64,000 nucleotides of DNA from a virus (Duplodnaviria > Caudoviricetes): the IMG/VR virus record IMGVR_UViG_3300029267_004155; one strand, 5' to 3'. The position numbers and the translations under genes were made by a program. The notes beneath the pieces are model-generated. The model was given only the letters and a program-made list of their open reading frames with translations. It was not told where the DNA came from and ran no database searches. Shown one piece after another: positions 38,151-48,243 of the stretch (its first letter is position 1; the number at the start of each line of letters is the position of its first letter).

Positions 38151-40184
38151 ATGAGAGAGACGAGCAAGGCGTACAGAAGACGCGTCAAGGACCCGTTCTG
38201 GGACGAGGTCTTCGTCGGGCGCGGGCTTGACATAGGCTCCGGGGACGATCCGTTCCTGAGCGAGTGGTGGGAGGGCGTGGTCTCGGTGGAGACGTTCGAC
38301 CGCCAGGACGGTAACGCCGAGGAGATACTCCGGTTCCCGAAGGGTCGCAAGGGCGCCTACGACTTCGTGCACTCGTCGAACTGCCTGGAGCACATGTCCA
38401 GGCCGAGGGACGCCCTCCTCCAGTGGCTCGCGCTGCTGAGGCCGGGAGGCCACCTGGTCCTGACGGTCCCCGACGAGGACCTCTACGAGCAGGGCGTCTG
38501 GCCGTCCAGGTGGAACAGGGATCACAAGTACACCTTCACGATATGGAAGGCCGAGTCGTGGAGCGAGATGTCGGTCAACGTGGCCGAGATGCTCGCGGGC
38601 CTGGATGGCTATCACGTTCGCAGGTTGCAGGTCGTCGACACGGGGTACGACCGTTCCAAGAGGGGCGTCGACCAGACCAGGAGGAGCGACGGGGCCGAGG
38701 CGTTCCTGGAGGTGGTGATACGCCGGGCGCAGGTGGTTCCCGGAAGGGGCGTGTTCAAGCACTCCGGCGCCCGGGGCGACATCATCTACTCGCTCCCGGC
38801 CATGGAGGCTCTCGGCGGGGGCGTCCTGGCGGTGGCGATCGATCCGGAGAGGTACGTCGGCAGGCCGATGAGCGAAAAGGACCTGGCGCAGCTGGCCGAG
38901 CTTCTGAGGAGGCAGCCGTACGTCGAGGACGTGGTAAGGTGGGACGGCTCGGAGCCGGATTGGGACCTGGACCTGTTCAGGGACCTCCCGACCGAGGGCG
39001 AGCATCTGGCCAGGCAGCACCTCGACAGGTTCGGGGTGGAGCGCGACCTGGCCATGCCGTGGATCGACCCGGGGACGGTTGAGCCTCTGCACGAGGCGGA
39101 TATCGTCGTGGCCAGGAGCTCCAGGTACCACGGGCCCATGGACTGGGCGGTCCTGAAGCCGCACGAGTCCAGATGCGTCTTCGTCGGCTTCGAGGACGAG
39201 CACGAGGCGTTCGTCAAGGAGACCGGGGTCAACGTGGGAATGGCGGGTCCGCTGTCGGTTCTGGAGCTGGCCTCGGTCATCAGGGGGTCAAAGCTGTTCG
39301 TGGGCAATCAGAGCTTCCCGTACGCCATTGCCGAGGCCATGAAGGTGCCGAGGGCCCTGGAGGTCTGCCCGAGCTGCCCGAACTGCATGCCGAGGGGGCC
39401 GGACGGCCATGTCGGGATCACGGCGCGGCTGGTCGACGACCATCTCGGCGACGAGATCGTGCTGGGGCTGCCTGGGGGTGATCCGGTCGAGCACAGGCCG
39501 TGGAGGGTGGCGACGCCGACGACGAGGTCGGAGCAGCCGAGGAGATGGAAGCCGGTCCCGGGGCGTCCGATGTTCAGCGTGGTCGCGGTCCATGACGGGG
39601 ATGACGTCGATGGCGCCGTCGAGAGGGTCCGAGAGCTTCATGTGAATGACGCCATCGAGGTGCTGATGCTCATTCGCGGCTCGGTGGATCAGGCGGCGCT
39701 GGCCAGGGAGGCCGTGGCGCGGGCCCTCGGGGGTGATGCCGTGTCGGTCGCGTGGACGCCGACCAGGACGTGGGGCGCGGCCATGAACGACGGCGTGAGC
39801 CGGACGTCCGGCGATTTCATCTGCGTCGCGCGTGACGACTTCGAGCCGTGGAAGGGGTGGGTCCGGCATCTGGTCGACCTGTTCAGGGACGAGCGGGCGG
39901 GCCTTGTTGGGACGACGATGGTGACGGACCATGGTTTTCCGCATGTCGACGGGGCTTGCCTGGTCCTGTCCAGGAGGGCATATGAGGAGGTCGGCATGTT
40001 CGACGACAGGATGGAGCTCGGGGGGCCGTGGCTGGCGCTCGATCTGAGTATGAGGATGATGGACGCAGGCTACGCCTACCGCCACTGCAACAAGATCAAG
40101 AAGTGGAAGGGCGTCTCGGCATCCGCGGAGGCGGAGGCGAGGAACAGGGCATTTATCCTGATTGAGCACGGGGTGGAAGTATGA
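38151..40184 (+). CDS. Fusion: class I SAM methyltransferase + GT9-like + GT2-like domains
   Basis: GLDIGSG, YDFVHSSNCLEH, LRPGG; GARGDII...FVGNQSFPYAIAEAMKVP; GACLVLSRRAYEEVGMFD. Confidence 0.85.
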   Translation: MRETSKAYRRRVKDPFWDEVFVGRGLDIGSGDDPFLSEWWEGVVSVETFDRQDGNAEEILRFPKGRKGAYDFVHSSNCLEHMSRPRDALLQWLALLRPGGHLVLTVPDEDLYEQGVWPSRWNRDHKYTFTIWKAESWSEMSVNVAEMLAGLDGYHVRRLQVVDTGYDRSKRGVDQTRRSDGAEAFLEVVIRRAQVVPGRGVFKHSGARGDIIYSLPAMEALGGGVLAVAIDPERYVGRPMSEKDLAQLAELLRRQPYVEDVVRWDGSEPDWDLDLFRDLPTEGEHLARQHLDRFGVERDLAMPWIDPGTVEPLHEADIVVARSSRYHGPMDWAVLKPHESRCVFVGFEDEHEAFVKETGVNVGMAGPLSVLELASVIRGSKLFVGNQSFPYAIAEAMKVPRALEVCPSCPNCMPRGPDGHVGITARLVDDHLGDEIVLGLPGGDPVEHRPWRVATPTTRSEQPRRWKPVPGRPMFSVVAVHDGDDVDGAVERVRELHVNDAIEVLMLIRGSVDQAALAREAVARALGGDAVSVAWTPTRTWGAAMNDGVSRTSGDFICVARDDFEPWKGWVRHLVDLFRDERAGLVGTTMVTDHGFPHVDGACLVLSRRAYEEVGMFDDRMELGGPWLALDLSMRMMDAGYAYRHCNKIKKWKGVSASAEAEARNRAFILIEHGVEV

Positions 40185-40987
40185 TAGTGAGGACGGTGCC
40201 GACGGTGGAGGGGGTGCTGATGGCCACGCCGGCCATCAGGGAGTTCCGTCTGCGTCATCCTGACGAGAGGGTGGTCGTCGAGACGGCGCTGCGGGAGCTG
40301 CTGTGGGGGAACGAGGACGTCGAGGACGTAGGCTGCTTCATGGAGCCGGAGCCGCTGGAGAGGGTGGTCAGGCTGGACATGGTCGAGGTTTGGCGTTCGG
40401 AGCACCTGGTTGACCTGTTCGCGAAGGGGTTGCTCGGGGATGCCAGGCTCTCCGACAGGAGAATCGAGATGAGGCCGGATCGGAAGCAGGAGGAGGAGGC
40501 TGCCAGGATCAGGTCCGGAATGGGTGACAGGGTGGCCGTTGTGGCCCTTCCGACAGACAGCTTTGCCGGCGCGGTCGCCGGGTTTGAAGATCTTCTTCGA
40601 GAGGCGGGCTACGACGTGATGCCGGCGGCCGGGAGGCCGCTGGGGGGATGGGGGGTGCTGAAGGCGGTGGTGGACCTGGCTGACGTCTTCGTCGGCGTCG
40701 ACGGGTGTCCTGAGCCTTCCGTGGCGTCCGCGACCGAGACTCCGATGGTGGTGGCTCACTCCTGGCGCGACCCGAGGTTCTCAAGGCCGTTTAGGAGAGG
40801 CGTCCCGTTCGAGGCGGTGACGCCGGGGTCGAAGTGCGACGCGGCCAGTTTCTGCATGGAGGCCAATGTCAGGGGCGAGTTTTGCCACGTCTATCGCGTC
40901 GAGTGCTCCAATGAGGATCGGATGGCCTGCGAGAGGGCCGTGACGGCGAAGAGGCTGATGAGGGCGGTCGGGAGGGTCGTCCCGTGA
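40181..40987 (+). CDS. GT9 (heptosyltransferase-like) divergent glycosyltransferase
   Basis: VLMATPAIREFR..HP, ADVFVGVDG, A.ATETP. Confidence 0.7.
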   Translation: MIVRTVPTVEGVLMATPAIREFRLRHPDERVVVETALRELLWGNEDVEDVGCFMEPEPLERVVRLDMVEVWRSEHLVDLFAKGLLGDARLSDRRIEMRPDRKQEEEAARIRSGMGDRVAVVALPTDSFAGAVAGFEDLLREAGYDVMPAAGRPLGGWGVLKAVVDLADVFVGVDGCPEPSVASATETPMVVAHSWRDPRFSRPFRRGVPFEAVTPGSKCDAASFCMEANVRGEFCHVYRVECSNEDRMACERAVTAKRLMRAVGRVVP

Positions 40988-42405
40988 GGCCAGTCGCCGT
41001 CGTAATGTGCCACAACGACGGAAGGCGCGCCGAGAGGCTGAGGGACGCCTTGTCCGAGGCCTTCGAGGTGGCGGTCTTCGACAGCGGGTCTGACGAGGAG
41101 GAGGTGCCGTCCGGGGCCGAGAGGTTCCCGAACATCTACTGGACCCGCATCTGGAACGAGGCCCTTCGGCGATTCGGGGGGCGTGACGCGATCTGGGTCC
41201 TCTGCTCCGACATCGAGCTGACGGCGCCGGCGTCGGACTATCTGGAGGCGATGGGTTCCGCGATGCCGTTCGGGTGCTGGAGCCCGGCCATAGAGGGTCG
41301 GTCTCTGGATTTCATGAAGGCGTCAAGGACGGCCGGCAAGGCGTGCTCCGTCCTGTCGCTGGAGGGCATGTGCATGGGGGTCAGCAGGGAGGGGGCGGCC
41401 GCGGTCGGCAAGCTCCCGTCCAGGAATCGGGTCGGATGGGGCATGGACCACCTCATGAGCTGGAGATGCAGGAAGGACGGGATGAGGAACGTGCTTGATG
41501 GCCGGGTCGTCGTGCGCCATTCCGAGGCCTGTGGCTACGACGACCGCCTGGCCCTCATGGAGATGTACCACACCATGTCCGAGGAGGAGGGCCCGCATTG
41601 GCGCGAGGTGATAGGGTCGTCCTCGGACTGGTTCCGGGACAACGTGCTCAGGAAGGGGCTGGCCGGCAGCCGGGTGAGCGTCGTGGTGGCGTCATACAAC
41701 CAGAGACGGACGCTGCCGCTGACCCTGGCCTCCCTGGCTGGGCAGACCGCGACACCGATGGAGGTGGTCGTCGCCGACGACGGGTCGACGGACGGGACCC
41801 TGGAGTGGCTGGACACGTGCCGTCCGGAGTGGCCCTTCCCGGCCCGGTACGTGACGAGGAGGCATGGTGGCTACGACCTGGTCGGCGTCAACAACGCGGC
41901 GCTTCCGTGGCTCAGGGGCGACAGGGTGCTCTTCACCAACGGAGACGTCGTTCTGAGTCCAGAGTCGGTGGAGGCGCATGCCGATGTCGATGATGTCGCT
42001 GTCGGGGGCGGCTTCGTGACCGGCGTATCCCATCCCGCCTCGGAGTCCGTGCGGGAGGGGGACGTCAGGGACTTCGGTAGGCTCCGCAGCCTGTCGGCGC
42101 GGAACCCTCCGGACATGACCAACGAGGAGTGGTTCCACCAGGGGCCCGGGGGCAACTTCTACGGCGTATGGGGTGGGAACTACTCCGTCCCGAGGAGCTT
42201 GTTGCTGGCGATGGGTGGTTTCAATGGCAGCTACCGGCTACTCTACGGAGGGGAAGAGGCGGACACGATTCAGAGGGTCATCGCCGCTGGCGGATCGGTC
42301 GGGTGGGTTAGGCGGGCCGAGGCGTATCATCTCGAACATTCTCCGAAAAGCTATCGGAAACGAGCTCTTGGTAACGTAAAGTACAAGCAGGAGCACTTGA
42401 TATGA
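40984..42405 (+). CDS. Two-domain GT-A/GT2 glycosyltransferase
   Basis: VFDSGS, GWGMD; VSVVVASYNQ, ADDGSTDGT, GGNYS, YGGEE, YHLEH. Confidence 0.85.
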   Translation: MRPVAVVMCHNDGRRAERLRDALSEAFEVAVFDSGSDEEEVPSGAERFPNIYWTRIWNEALRRFGGRDAIWVLCSDIELTAPASDYLEAMGSAMPFGCWSPAIEGRSLDFMKASRTAGKACSVLSLEGMCMGVSREGAAAVGKLPSRNRVGWGMDHLMSWRCRKDGMRNVLDGRVVVRHSEACGYDDRLALMEMYHTMSEEEGPHWREVIGSSSDWFRDNVLRKGLAGSRVSVVVASYNQRRTLPLTLASLAGQTATPMEVVVADDGSTDGTLEWLDTCRPEWPFPARYVTRRHGGYDLVGVNNAALPWLRGDRVLFTNGDVVLSPESVEAHADVDDVAVGGGFVTGVSHPASESVREGDVRDFGRLRSLSARNPPDMTNEEWFHQGPGGNFYGVWGGNYSVPRSLLLAMGGFNGSYRLLYGGEEADTIQRVIAAGGSVGWVRRAEAYHLEHSPKSYRKRALGNVKYKQEHLI

Positions 42406-42797
42406 AAAGCGTGGTGGTAACCAGAAGCCAGAGTGCGATGAAGGTGCCGTGGGGTAATCCGTTCGGGCTTCAGTCCTCTCTTGGGATGGTGGTTCTTCCA
42501 GGCAAGAACAAGGTGGTCCCGACTGGTCTGAGGGTGGAGTTGCCGGCTGGCACGGAGATGGGTGTCGAGAGCGTCGTCGAAGGCGTGACGGTCGTCTCTC
42601 ATCAGCAGGGGCGGGGCGATCTGGTGTGCCTCGTGTTCGGCGTGGGGTCGTTGCCGGTCAGGCTGGAGGTTGGAGACGTCTTCGCCAGGGCGACGATCAC
42701 CGAGGTGATGGTGGCGCCTGTCAGGTTCATGGAGAGGACGGAAGGCGGTCACAGGATGGTGAGAGGGGAGGCGCGAGACGTTGAGACTGGCGCTTAG
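42402..42797 (+). CDS. Degenerate dUTPase-fold protein
   Basis: VLPG..KVVPTGLRVELPAG and LEVGDVFA scaffold; catalytic RSG and GxIDxDY motifs absent. Confidence 0.55.
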   Translation: MKSVVVTRSQSAMKVPWGNPFGLQSSLGMVVLPGKNKVVPTGLRVELPAGTEMGVESVVEGVTVVSHQQGRGDLVCLVFGVGSLPVRLEVGDVFARATITEVMVAPVRFMERTEGGHRMVRGEARDVETGA

Positions 42798-43599
42798 TCG
42801 AGAGGTTCCGAGCCAGGAGTCAGAGCTCGTCGCGAAGGCGCTCGGGACGATGGGCGACGTGGTCCAGCTGGACCCGTGGAACCCGGAGGCCTGCGCGTCG
42901 AGGTTCGACGTGGCGGTCTGCGTCGGTCCGGTGGCGGCGTGCCCCGTGGCCCGCGGGAGGGTGCTCGTGGCCCTTGGTTGCATGGCATCGCAGCGGGACC
43001 TCGGGTGGGATGTGGTGGTCGTGTCGTCCAGGAAGGCGGCGAGGCTGGCCGGAAGGATGTTCGGCGTTCGGACCGGGGTGGTGATGGCGCAGCCGCCGGT
43101 CCTCGGCCTGCATCACGGGAGACGGCGCCTGGTGACGCCGTGCGCGGGGCTGCTGCATGCTTCCGAGTTCGGGTTTCACGCCCCCGACAAGAAGGGGGCC
43201 CTGCTGGCTTTCGGGCTGTGGGCGGACAGGGAGGCCACGGAAGAATGGGCGTGTCCGCCGTCCGCCTGCGAGGCGTGGCCGGAGTCGTGCGAGTATGGCG
43301 GTCCGAAGAAGAGAAGGGTCTTCTCTCCGAACGACTTCAACTCGGCCGTGCGGGGAGGGGCGATAGGCTTGTATCCGGAGTGGATGGCCGACGGCTACGA
43401 TCTCCAGGTCAGGAGGCACCTGTGCCTCGGTGGCCGCGTGATGTGCCGCAGGGACCCGGAGGTGCTGGGTGACCTGGCGGACTTGTGCTCGGAGGCGACC
43501 TCCGACATGGAGGATGCGAACAGGAACGATCCGGTCGACTGCTCCGGCGACGCGGACGCGTGGGTCGAGGCGGTTTGTGACGTGGCAAGGAGGGTGTGA
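42781..43599 (+). CDS. Hypothetical protein, possibly a divergent GT-B
   Basis: In the GT locus; LYPEWMADGYDL resembles the GT4 PS..EGFG region. Confidence 0.45.
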   Translation: MRLALSREVPSQESELVAKALGTMGDVVQLDPWNPEACASRFDVAVCVGPVAACPVARGRVLVALGCMASQRDLGWDVVVVSSRKAARLAGRMFGVRTGVVMAQPPVLGLHHGRRRLVTPCAGLLHASEFGFHAPDKKGALLAFGLWADREATEEWACPPSACEAWPESCEYGGPKKRRVFSPNDFNSAVRGGAIGLYPEWMADGYDLQVRRHLCLGGRVMCRRDPEVLGDLADLCSEATSDMEDANRNDPVDCSGDADAWVEAVCDVARRV

Positions 43600-44840
43600 T
43601 GGCAGGATGTCTTCCGGTGGTCTCCGTTTTCGGGGTCGAGAACATCGAGTTGAGATCGGGCGTGGCGCCACCTTTCGAGACGGGGGAGCTAGACGTCAGG
43701 TGTCATTTGACGGACGACGATCTTTCCAGGGTGCTGGCCGAGGAGAGGCCCGGCGTCGTCGTGACGTTCGGGGATGTCAGAGACTTCCCGGCCTTGGCAG
43801 CGGCGGCGTGGGAGGTTCGGAAGAAGTGGCTGCACTACGAGGACACTTCCGACTTGGAGAGGGTCGGGAGGGAGGCGATCCAGTGCTTCATCGGCGCCGC
43901 GTGCCTCGACCGCCGGGAAGTCAAGCTGGTGACGGTGTTCACCCCGGCCTACGAGACCGGGGACAGGATCATGCGGCCCTACCTCTCCCTCAAGGGGCAG
44001 ACGTACAAGGATTGGGAGTGGGTCGTCGTCGACGACTCGGACGACGACGGGGAGACGTTCGAGATGCTGTCCGGCATCGCCGAGAGGGATCACCGCGTCC
44101 GGGTCTTCAGGGAGAGCTGTCACTCGGGGGTCATTGGCCGGGTTAAGCGGAACGCCTGCATGCTCGGAAGGGGCGACTACCTGGTCGAGCTGGACCACGA
44201 CGACGAGCTGACCGACGACGCGCTGGCCAGGGTGGTCGACGCGTACGGGAGGAACCCGGAGATCGGGTTCGTCTACACCGACTTCGCGGAGCTCTTTCCG
44301 GACGGGAGCCCGGTCAGGTACGGGCAGAACAGGGAGCTGAAGCCCCCGTTCACGGACTGGGGGTTCGGATACGGCTCCTACCGGGAGGAGGTTCACGCCG
44401 GCCAGAAGTACGCCGTGGCCAATTCCCCGAATGTCAACGCGAAGACGATCAGGCACATCGTCGCGGCCCCGAACCACCTGCGGTCATGGAGGAGGTCGGT
44501 CTACGTGGGCATCGGCGGCCACCGGGACGCGATTCACGTGGCGGACGACTACGAGATCATGGTGAGGACCTTCCTGGCGACCAGGATGGCGCGGGTGCCG
44601 CACATGTGCTATCTTCAGTATCGGAACCTGGAAGGCAACACCCACCGCGTGCGGAACCAGGAGATACAGAGGCTTGTCAGGTGCTTCTCGCAGTTCTACG
44701 ACCAGAGCATCCACGCCAGGCTCCTGGAGCTGGGGGTGGAGGACCACGTGTGGGCCGAGGGTCAAAACTCGTTTGCTCGGCTCGGGATGGTGATGAACCC
44801 GCCGGAGGAGTCTCATTGCACGATCATGGTGGATGGATGA
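43599..44840 (+). CDS. GT2 glycosyltransferase
   Basis: VTVFTPAY, QTYKDWEWVVVDDS, ELDHDD, ADDYE. Confidence 0.9.
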   Translation: MAGCLPVVSVFGVENIELRSGVAPPFETGELDVRCHLTDDDLSRVLAEERPGVVVTFGDVRDFPALAAAAWEVRKKWLHYEDTSDLERVGREAIQCFIGAACLDRREVKLVTVFTPAYETGDRIMRPYLSLKGQTYKDWEWVVVDDSDDDGETFEMLSGIAERDHRVRVFRESCHSGVIGRVKRNACMLGRGDYLVELDHDDELTDDALARVVDAYGRNPEIGFVYTDFAELFPDGSPVRYGQNRELKPPFTDWGFGYGSYREEVHAGQKYAVANSPNVNAKTIRHIVAAPNHLRSWRRSVYVGIGGHRDAIHVADDYEIMVRTFLATRMARVPHMCYLQYRNLEGNTHRVRNQEIQRLVRCFSQFYDQSIHARLLELGVEDHVWAEGQNSFARLGMVMNPPEESHCTIMVDG

Positions 44841-45409
44841 GGTATGTGGAGGCAATCGAAAGGCTGCGCGGCCAGCGAAGGGTGCTCGTGACCGGGCCTG
44901 CTCGTTCGGGGACGACCATCGCCTCGCGAATGATCGCTGCCGACCTCGGGCTGCCGTGGCTCAAGGAGGACCGGGTCCGGAACGACGACGTGGCCCTCTT
45001 CCGGCGGCTTGTCGGGTCCGGTTCCGACTTCTGCCTTCAGGGTCCGGGCTTGTCCCATGTCCTCCACAGGGAGTGTGGGGACGTCGCGGTCGTCTTCATG
45101 CGCAGGGACCTGATGTCCATCATCCGCTCGCAGATAAGGCTGGAGGGGCAGATGCCGGGGTGGGTGGAGCTGAACGAGCGCAGGTACGGGGGTTTCTACA
45201 GGAACGAGTTCGGCTCTGCCATGCCAGGCTGGCGATGGGAGTATCCGGTGCCGGTCATCAAATACGAGATATGGGAGATGCAGAGGTCGTCGGTCCCGTT
45301 CTCGCTGGAGCTGGACTACGAGTCGATGAGCTCGCACGAGCTTTGGGTGAGTAAGGACGAGAGGGCGGGGTTCACCCCGCACCAGACCCAGAAGGAGGAG
45401 AAGATATGA
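44837..45409 (+). CDS. Sulfotransferase-like P-loop protein
   Basis: VTGPARSGTT (5'-PSB loop), VFMRRD...S (3'-PB), LDYE. Confidence 0.75.
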   Translation: MRYVEAIERLRGQRRVLVTGPARSGTTIASRMIAADLGLPWLKEDRVRNDDVALFRRLVGSGSDFCLQGPGLSHVLHRECGDVAVVFMRRDLMSIIRSQIRLEGQMPGWVELNERRYGGFYRNEFGSAMPGWRWEYPVPVIKYEIWEMQRSSVPFSLELDYESMSSHELWVSKDERAGFTPHQTQKEEKI

Positions 45410-46524
45410 TACCGCTGTTCAAGGTCCACATGCCGCGCAACGTGATGGAGCCGCTTCAGGAGGTTTTGTTCTCCGGGTACATCGGCCAGGGAGCCAAGGT
45501 CAAGGAGTTCGAGGAGCGATTGGGGCAGCGCCTCGGCAACCCGAGATGCCTGACCCTGAACTGCGGGACGGCTGGCCTTCACCTGGCTCTTCGGCTTGCC
45601 GGGGCGGAGCCGGGGACGAACGTCATCACGACACCACAAACCTGTTCGGCAACGAACGAGCCGATCCTGGAGAGGGGGGCCGACATCAGGTGGGCCGACG
45701 TCAACCCCAAGACGGGGGAGATCGATCCCGACAGCGTTGCGCTCTTGATCGATGACAAGACAGCCGCCATCGTCTGCGTGCACTGGGGCGGCTACCCGTG
45801 CGATCTTGACGCTCTCAATGAGATAGGCGAGTTCTATGAGGTGCCGGTCATTGAGGATGCGGCCCATGCCTTCGGGGCGGTCTACAAGGGGAAGCCAATC
45901 GGCTCGATCTCGAACTTCACCATGTTCAGCTTCCAGGCCATCAAGCATCTGACGACGGTGGACGGCGGCCTGCTGACCTGCAGGAGCGACGAGGACTACG
46001 CCAGGGGCAAGCTCCTGAGGTGGTACGGCATCTGCCGGGAGTCCAGTTCGGGTTTCAGGTGCGAGCCGGACATCAAGGAGTTCGGGTACAAGTTCCACAT
46101 GAACGACGTGTGCGCGACCATCGGGCTGGCGCAGCTGGGGCATGTCGACAGGATTCTGGGTCAGCACCGGTCCAACGCCAGGTTCTACGACCGGGAGCTT
46201 CAGGGCGTCGATGGCGTCGAGCTGCCTCCCTACGAGCCCGACAGGGAGAGCGCCTACTGGCTCTACACGATCCTGGTCGACGGCGGCGTGAAGGAGTTCG
46301 AGAGCTTCATGGGCCAGCACCATGTTCAGGTGTCGCCGGTCCACAAGCGGAACGACGGCCACACCATGATGGCCGAGTTCGCCCCGACGGGCAGGCTTTC
46401 CGGCGTCGACGAGTTCGAGCGTCGGCAGATCAACATCCCGGTCGGGTGGTGGGTGACGCACGAGGATCGCTCGTTCATCGTTGACACGATCAGGAAGTGG
46501 TCCGTCCAGAGGAGGAGGAAATAG
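45406..46524 (+). CDS. DegT/DnrJ/EryC1/StrS NDP-sugar aminotransferase
   Basis: GTAGLHLAL, VHWGG, IEDAAHAFG, FSFQAIKHLTTVDGG, GYKFHM. Confidence 0.95.
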   Translation: MIPLFKVHMPRNVMEPLQEVLFSGYIGQGAKVKEFEERLGQRLGNPRCLTLNCGTAGLHLALRLAGAEPGTNVITTPQTCSATNEPILERGADIRWADVNPKTGEIDPDSVALLIDDKTAAIVCVHWGGYPCDLDALNEIGEFYEVPVIEDAAHAFGAVYKGKPIGSISNFTMFSFQAIKHLTTVDGGLLTCRSDEDYARGKLLRWYGICRESSSGFRCEPDIKEFGYKFHMNDVCATIGLAQLGHVDRILGQHRSNARFYDRELQGVDGVELPPYEPDRESAYWLYTILVDGGVKEFESFMGQHHVQVSPVHKRNDGHTMMAEFAPTGRLSGVDEFERRQINIPVGWWVTHEDRSFIVDTIRKWSVQRRRK

Positions 46525-47297
46525 TGGCTCCGAGGGTCAACTATGTGATTTCGTCGTGGCATGGCCGAAGGACCATGGCGGCGTCGTATTTCGACCGATA
46601 CGGGTGGCATGCGGTCCAGAAGCACGTGGAATGCCTCAGGCGCGTCAGGCACGGGTGCGACAGGATCACGATCGTGGCGCCGACCGGGCCCGAGGACACC
46701 TATCCGCCGGACTACGAGGAGTACCTATGGTGGCTGAGGGAGGTGAACGGGGTGCCGGTGAGGCATATCCGGAGGGACAACAGGGGGCACTCCTATGAGG
46801 GATGGCGGCTTGCCTATCTCGACGATCCGACCTTCGACTACTACATCTTCATCGAGGACGACTACTGTCCCGTGCATGACGATCTCGCCCCGATCCTGGC
46901 GTGGGAGCTGGACGGCCGCTTCGCCTACCTTTGTGGCTACATGTGGAGGTGCACGGCCAGAGACGTCAAGTGGGCGCAGATGGAGCCGTGCGATGACGGG
47001 GACGTGATTGACGTGGCGTCGGTCAGCAACGGGATCGTCGCGGCTTCCGCGATGAAGGCGGCAGCCGCCAGAGGCCCGTTCTTCAACCAGGTGCACTTCT
47101 CGCAGCTTTTGCAGTTTGCCGGAGTGGAGGTAGTGGACTGGGTCGGGCGTTACAGGAGCCCGTTCTTTTGCGACAACCCGAAGGCTCCGGAGCTCAAGGA
47201 CTTTTCTCCGGACTCGAACGAGTACGTCATGGTGCCGATCCAGATGCTGGTCGGCGAATGCCCGCTGGTCCAGGAGCTGGAGAGGTACCGGTTGTAG
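46524..47297 (+). CDS. GT-A-like protein, tandem paralogue 1
   Basis: R.N.G.SY, YYIFIEDDY; highly similar to the next gene. Confidence 0.7.
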   Translation: MAPRVNYVISSWHGRRTMAASYFDRYGWHAVQKHVECLRRVRHGCDRITIVAPTGPEDTYPPDYEEYLWWLREVNGVPVRHIRRDNRGHSYEGWRLAYLDDPTFDYYIFIEDDYCPVHDDLAPILAWELDGRFAYLCGYMWRCTARDVKWAQMEPCDDGDVIDVASVSNGIVAASAMKAAAARGPFFNQVHFSQLLQFAGVEVVDWVGRYRSPFFCDNPKAPELKDFSPDSNEYVMVPIQMLVGECPLVQELERYRL

Positions 47298-47311
47298 TCG
47301 AGAGGATGGAC

Positions 47312-48049
47312 ATGGCTTCGAGGGTCAATTACGTCGTGGCGTCCTGGCATGGTCGAAGGACGATGGAGGGGTCCTATTTCGACCGATACGGGTGGCATGC
47401 GGTCCAGAAGAACATCGAGTGTCTCTCCAGGTTGAGGCAGAAGCTGTCCCAGATCACGATCGTGGCTCCGACCGATCCGGACGGGACGGTGCCTCCGGAC
47501 TACGACGACTACCTCTGGTGGCTGAGGGAGATGGGCGGGGTGGACGGGGTGCCGGTCAAGGTCATCAAGCGGCCGAATGTCGGCTTGTCGTACGAGAGCT
47601 GGAGGACGGCCTACCTCGACGATCCGACCTTCGACCACTACATCTTCATCGAGGACGACTGGTGTCCTGTGATGGATGATTTCGACTCCGTCCTGATCGA
47701 CCTCCTGGCGGACAGGGATGTCTACCTTTGCGGGTACATGTGGATCAACCTGAGAAGGGGCGGCTGCAAAAACGCGGCCCATAGCAACGGGATCGTCCTG
47801 GGGCGCGTGATGGGGAGGGTCGCGAGAATGGGTCCGTTCAAGAACCAGAACCACTTCTCGGACTGCCTGATCGAGGCCGGGATCGACATCGTCGACTGGC
47901 AGGAGACGCATAGGAGTCCGTTCTTCCATGACAGGCCGTCGCTCCCGAGCATGGCTTTCTACGCTCCCAGTCAGAAGGAGCACCTCATCGTCCCGGTTCA
48001 ACTGCTGATGTTGCATGAGAACCTGAGAAGATTCTCATGGTGGGTGTGA
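47312..48049 (+). CDS. GT-A-like protein, tandem paralogue 2
   Basis: RPNVGLSY, YIFIEDDW; shares SYFDRYGWHAVQK and AYLDDPTFD with paralogue 1. Confidence 0.7.
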   Translation: MASRVNYVVASWHGRRTMEGSYFDRYGWHAVQKNIECLSRLRQKLSQITIVAPTDPDGTVPPDYDDYLWWLREMGGVDGVPVKVIKRPNVGLSYESWRTAYLDDPTFDHYIFIEDDWCPVMDDFDSVLIDLLADRDVYLCGYMWINLRRGGCKNAAHSNGIVLGRVMGRVARMGPFKNQNHFSDCLIEAGIDIVDWQETHRSPFFHDRPSLPSMAFYAPSQKEHLIVPVQLLMLHENLRRFSWWV

Positions 48050-48243
48050 AGAGAACTAACTACGTTGTGGAGTCCCGCATGGAAGGTGCACCGTCATGGT
48101 CCGAGGGAGGCACGAGGGAGCGTGACCAGATCGAATGGACGAGGAAGCACGGCAACGTGCCGATCGAGAGCGTGAAGGAGGAGGTCGGCTACGAGGTCCT
48201 CGACCCGTCTTTCCCGTCGCTTTCGATAGTGAGGAGAGCGTGA
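48046..48243 (+). pseudogene. Chimeric remnant: start of a third paralogue fused to the tail of a methyltransferase
   Basis: KRTNYVVES matches RVNYVVAS; EGGTRERDQIEW...VKEEVGY matches EGGKRARDEVGW...VQEETGY in the gene at 49015. Confidence 0.65.
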
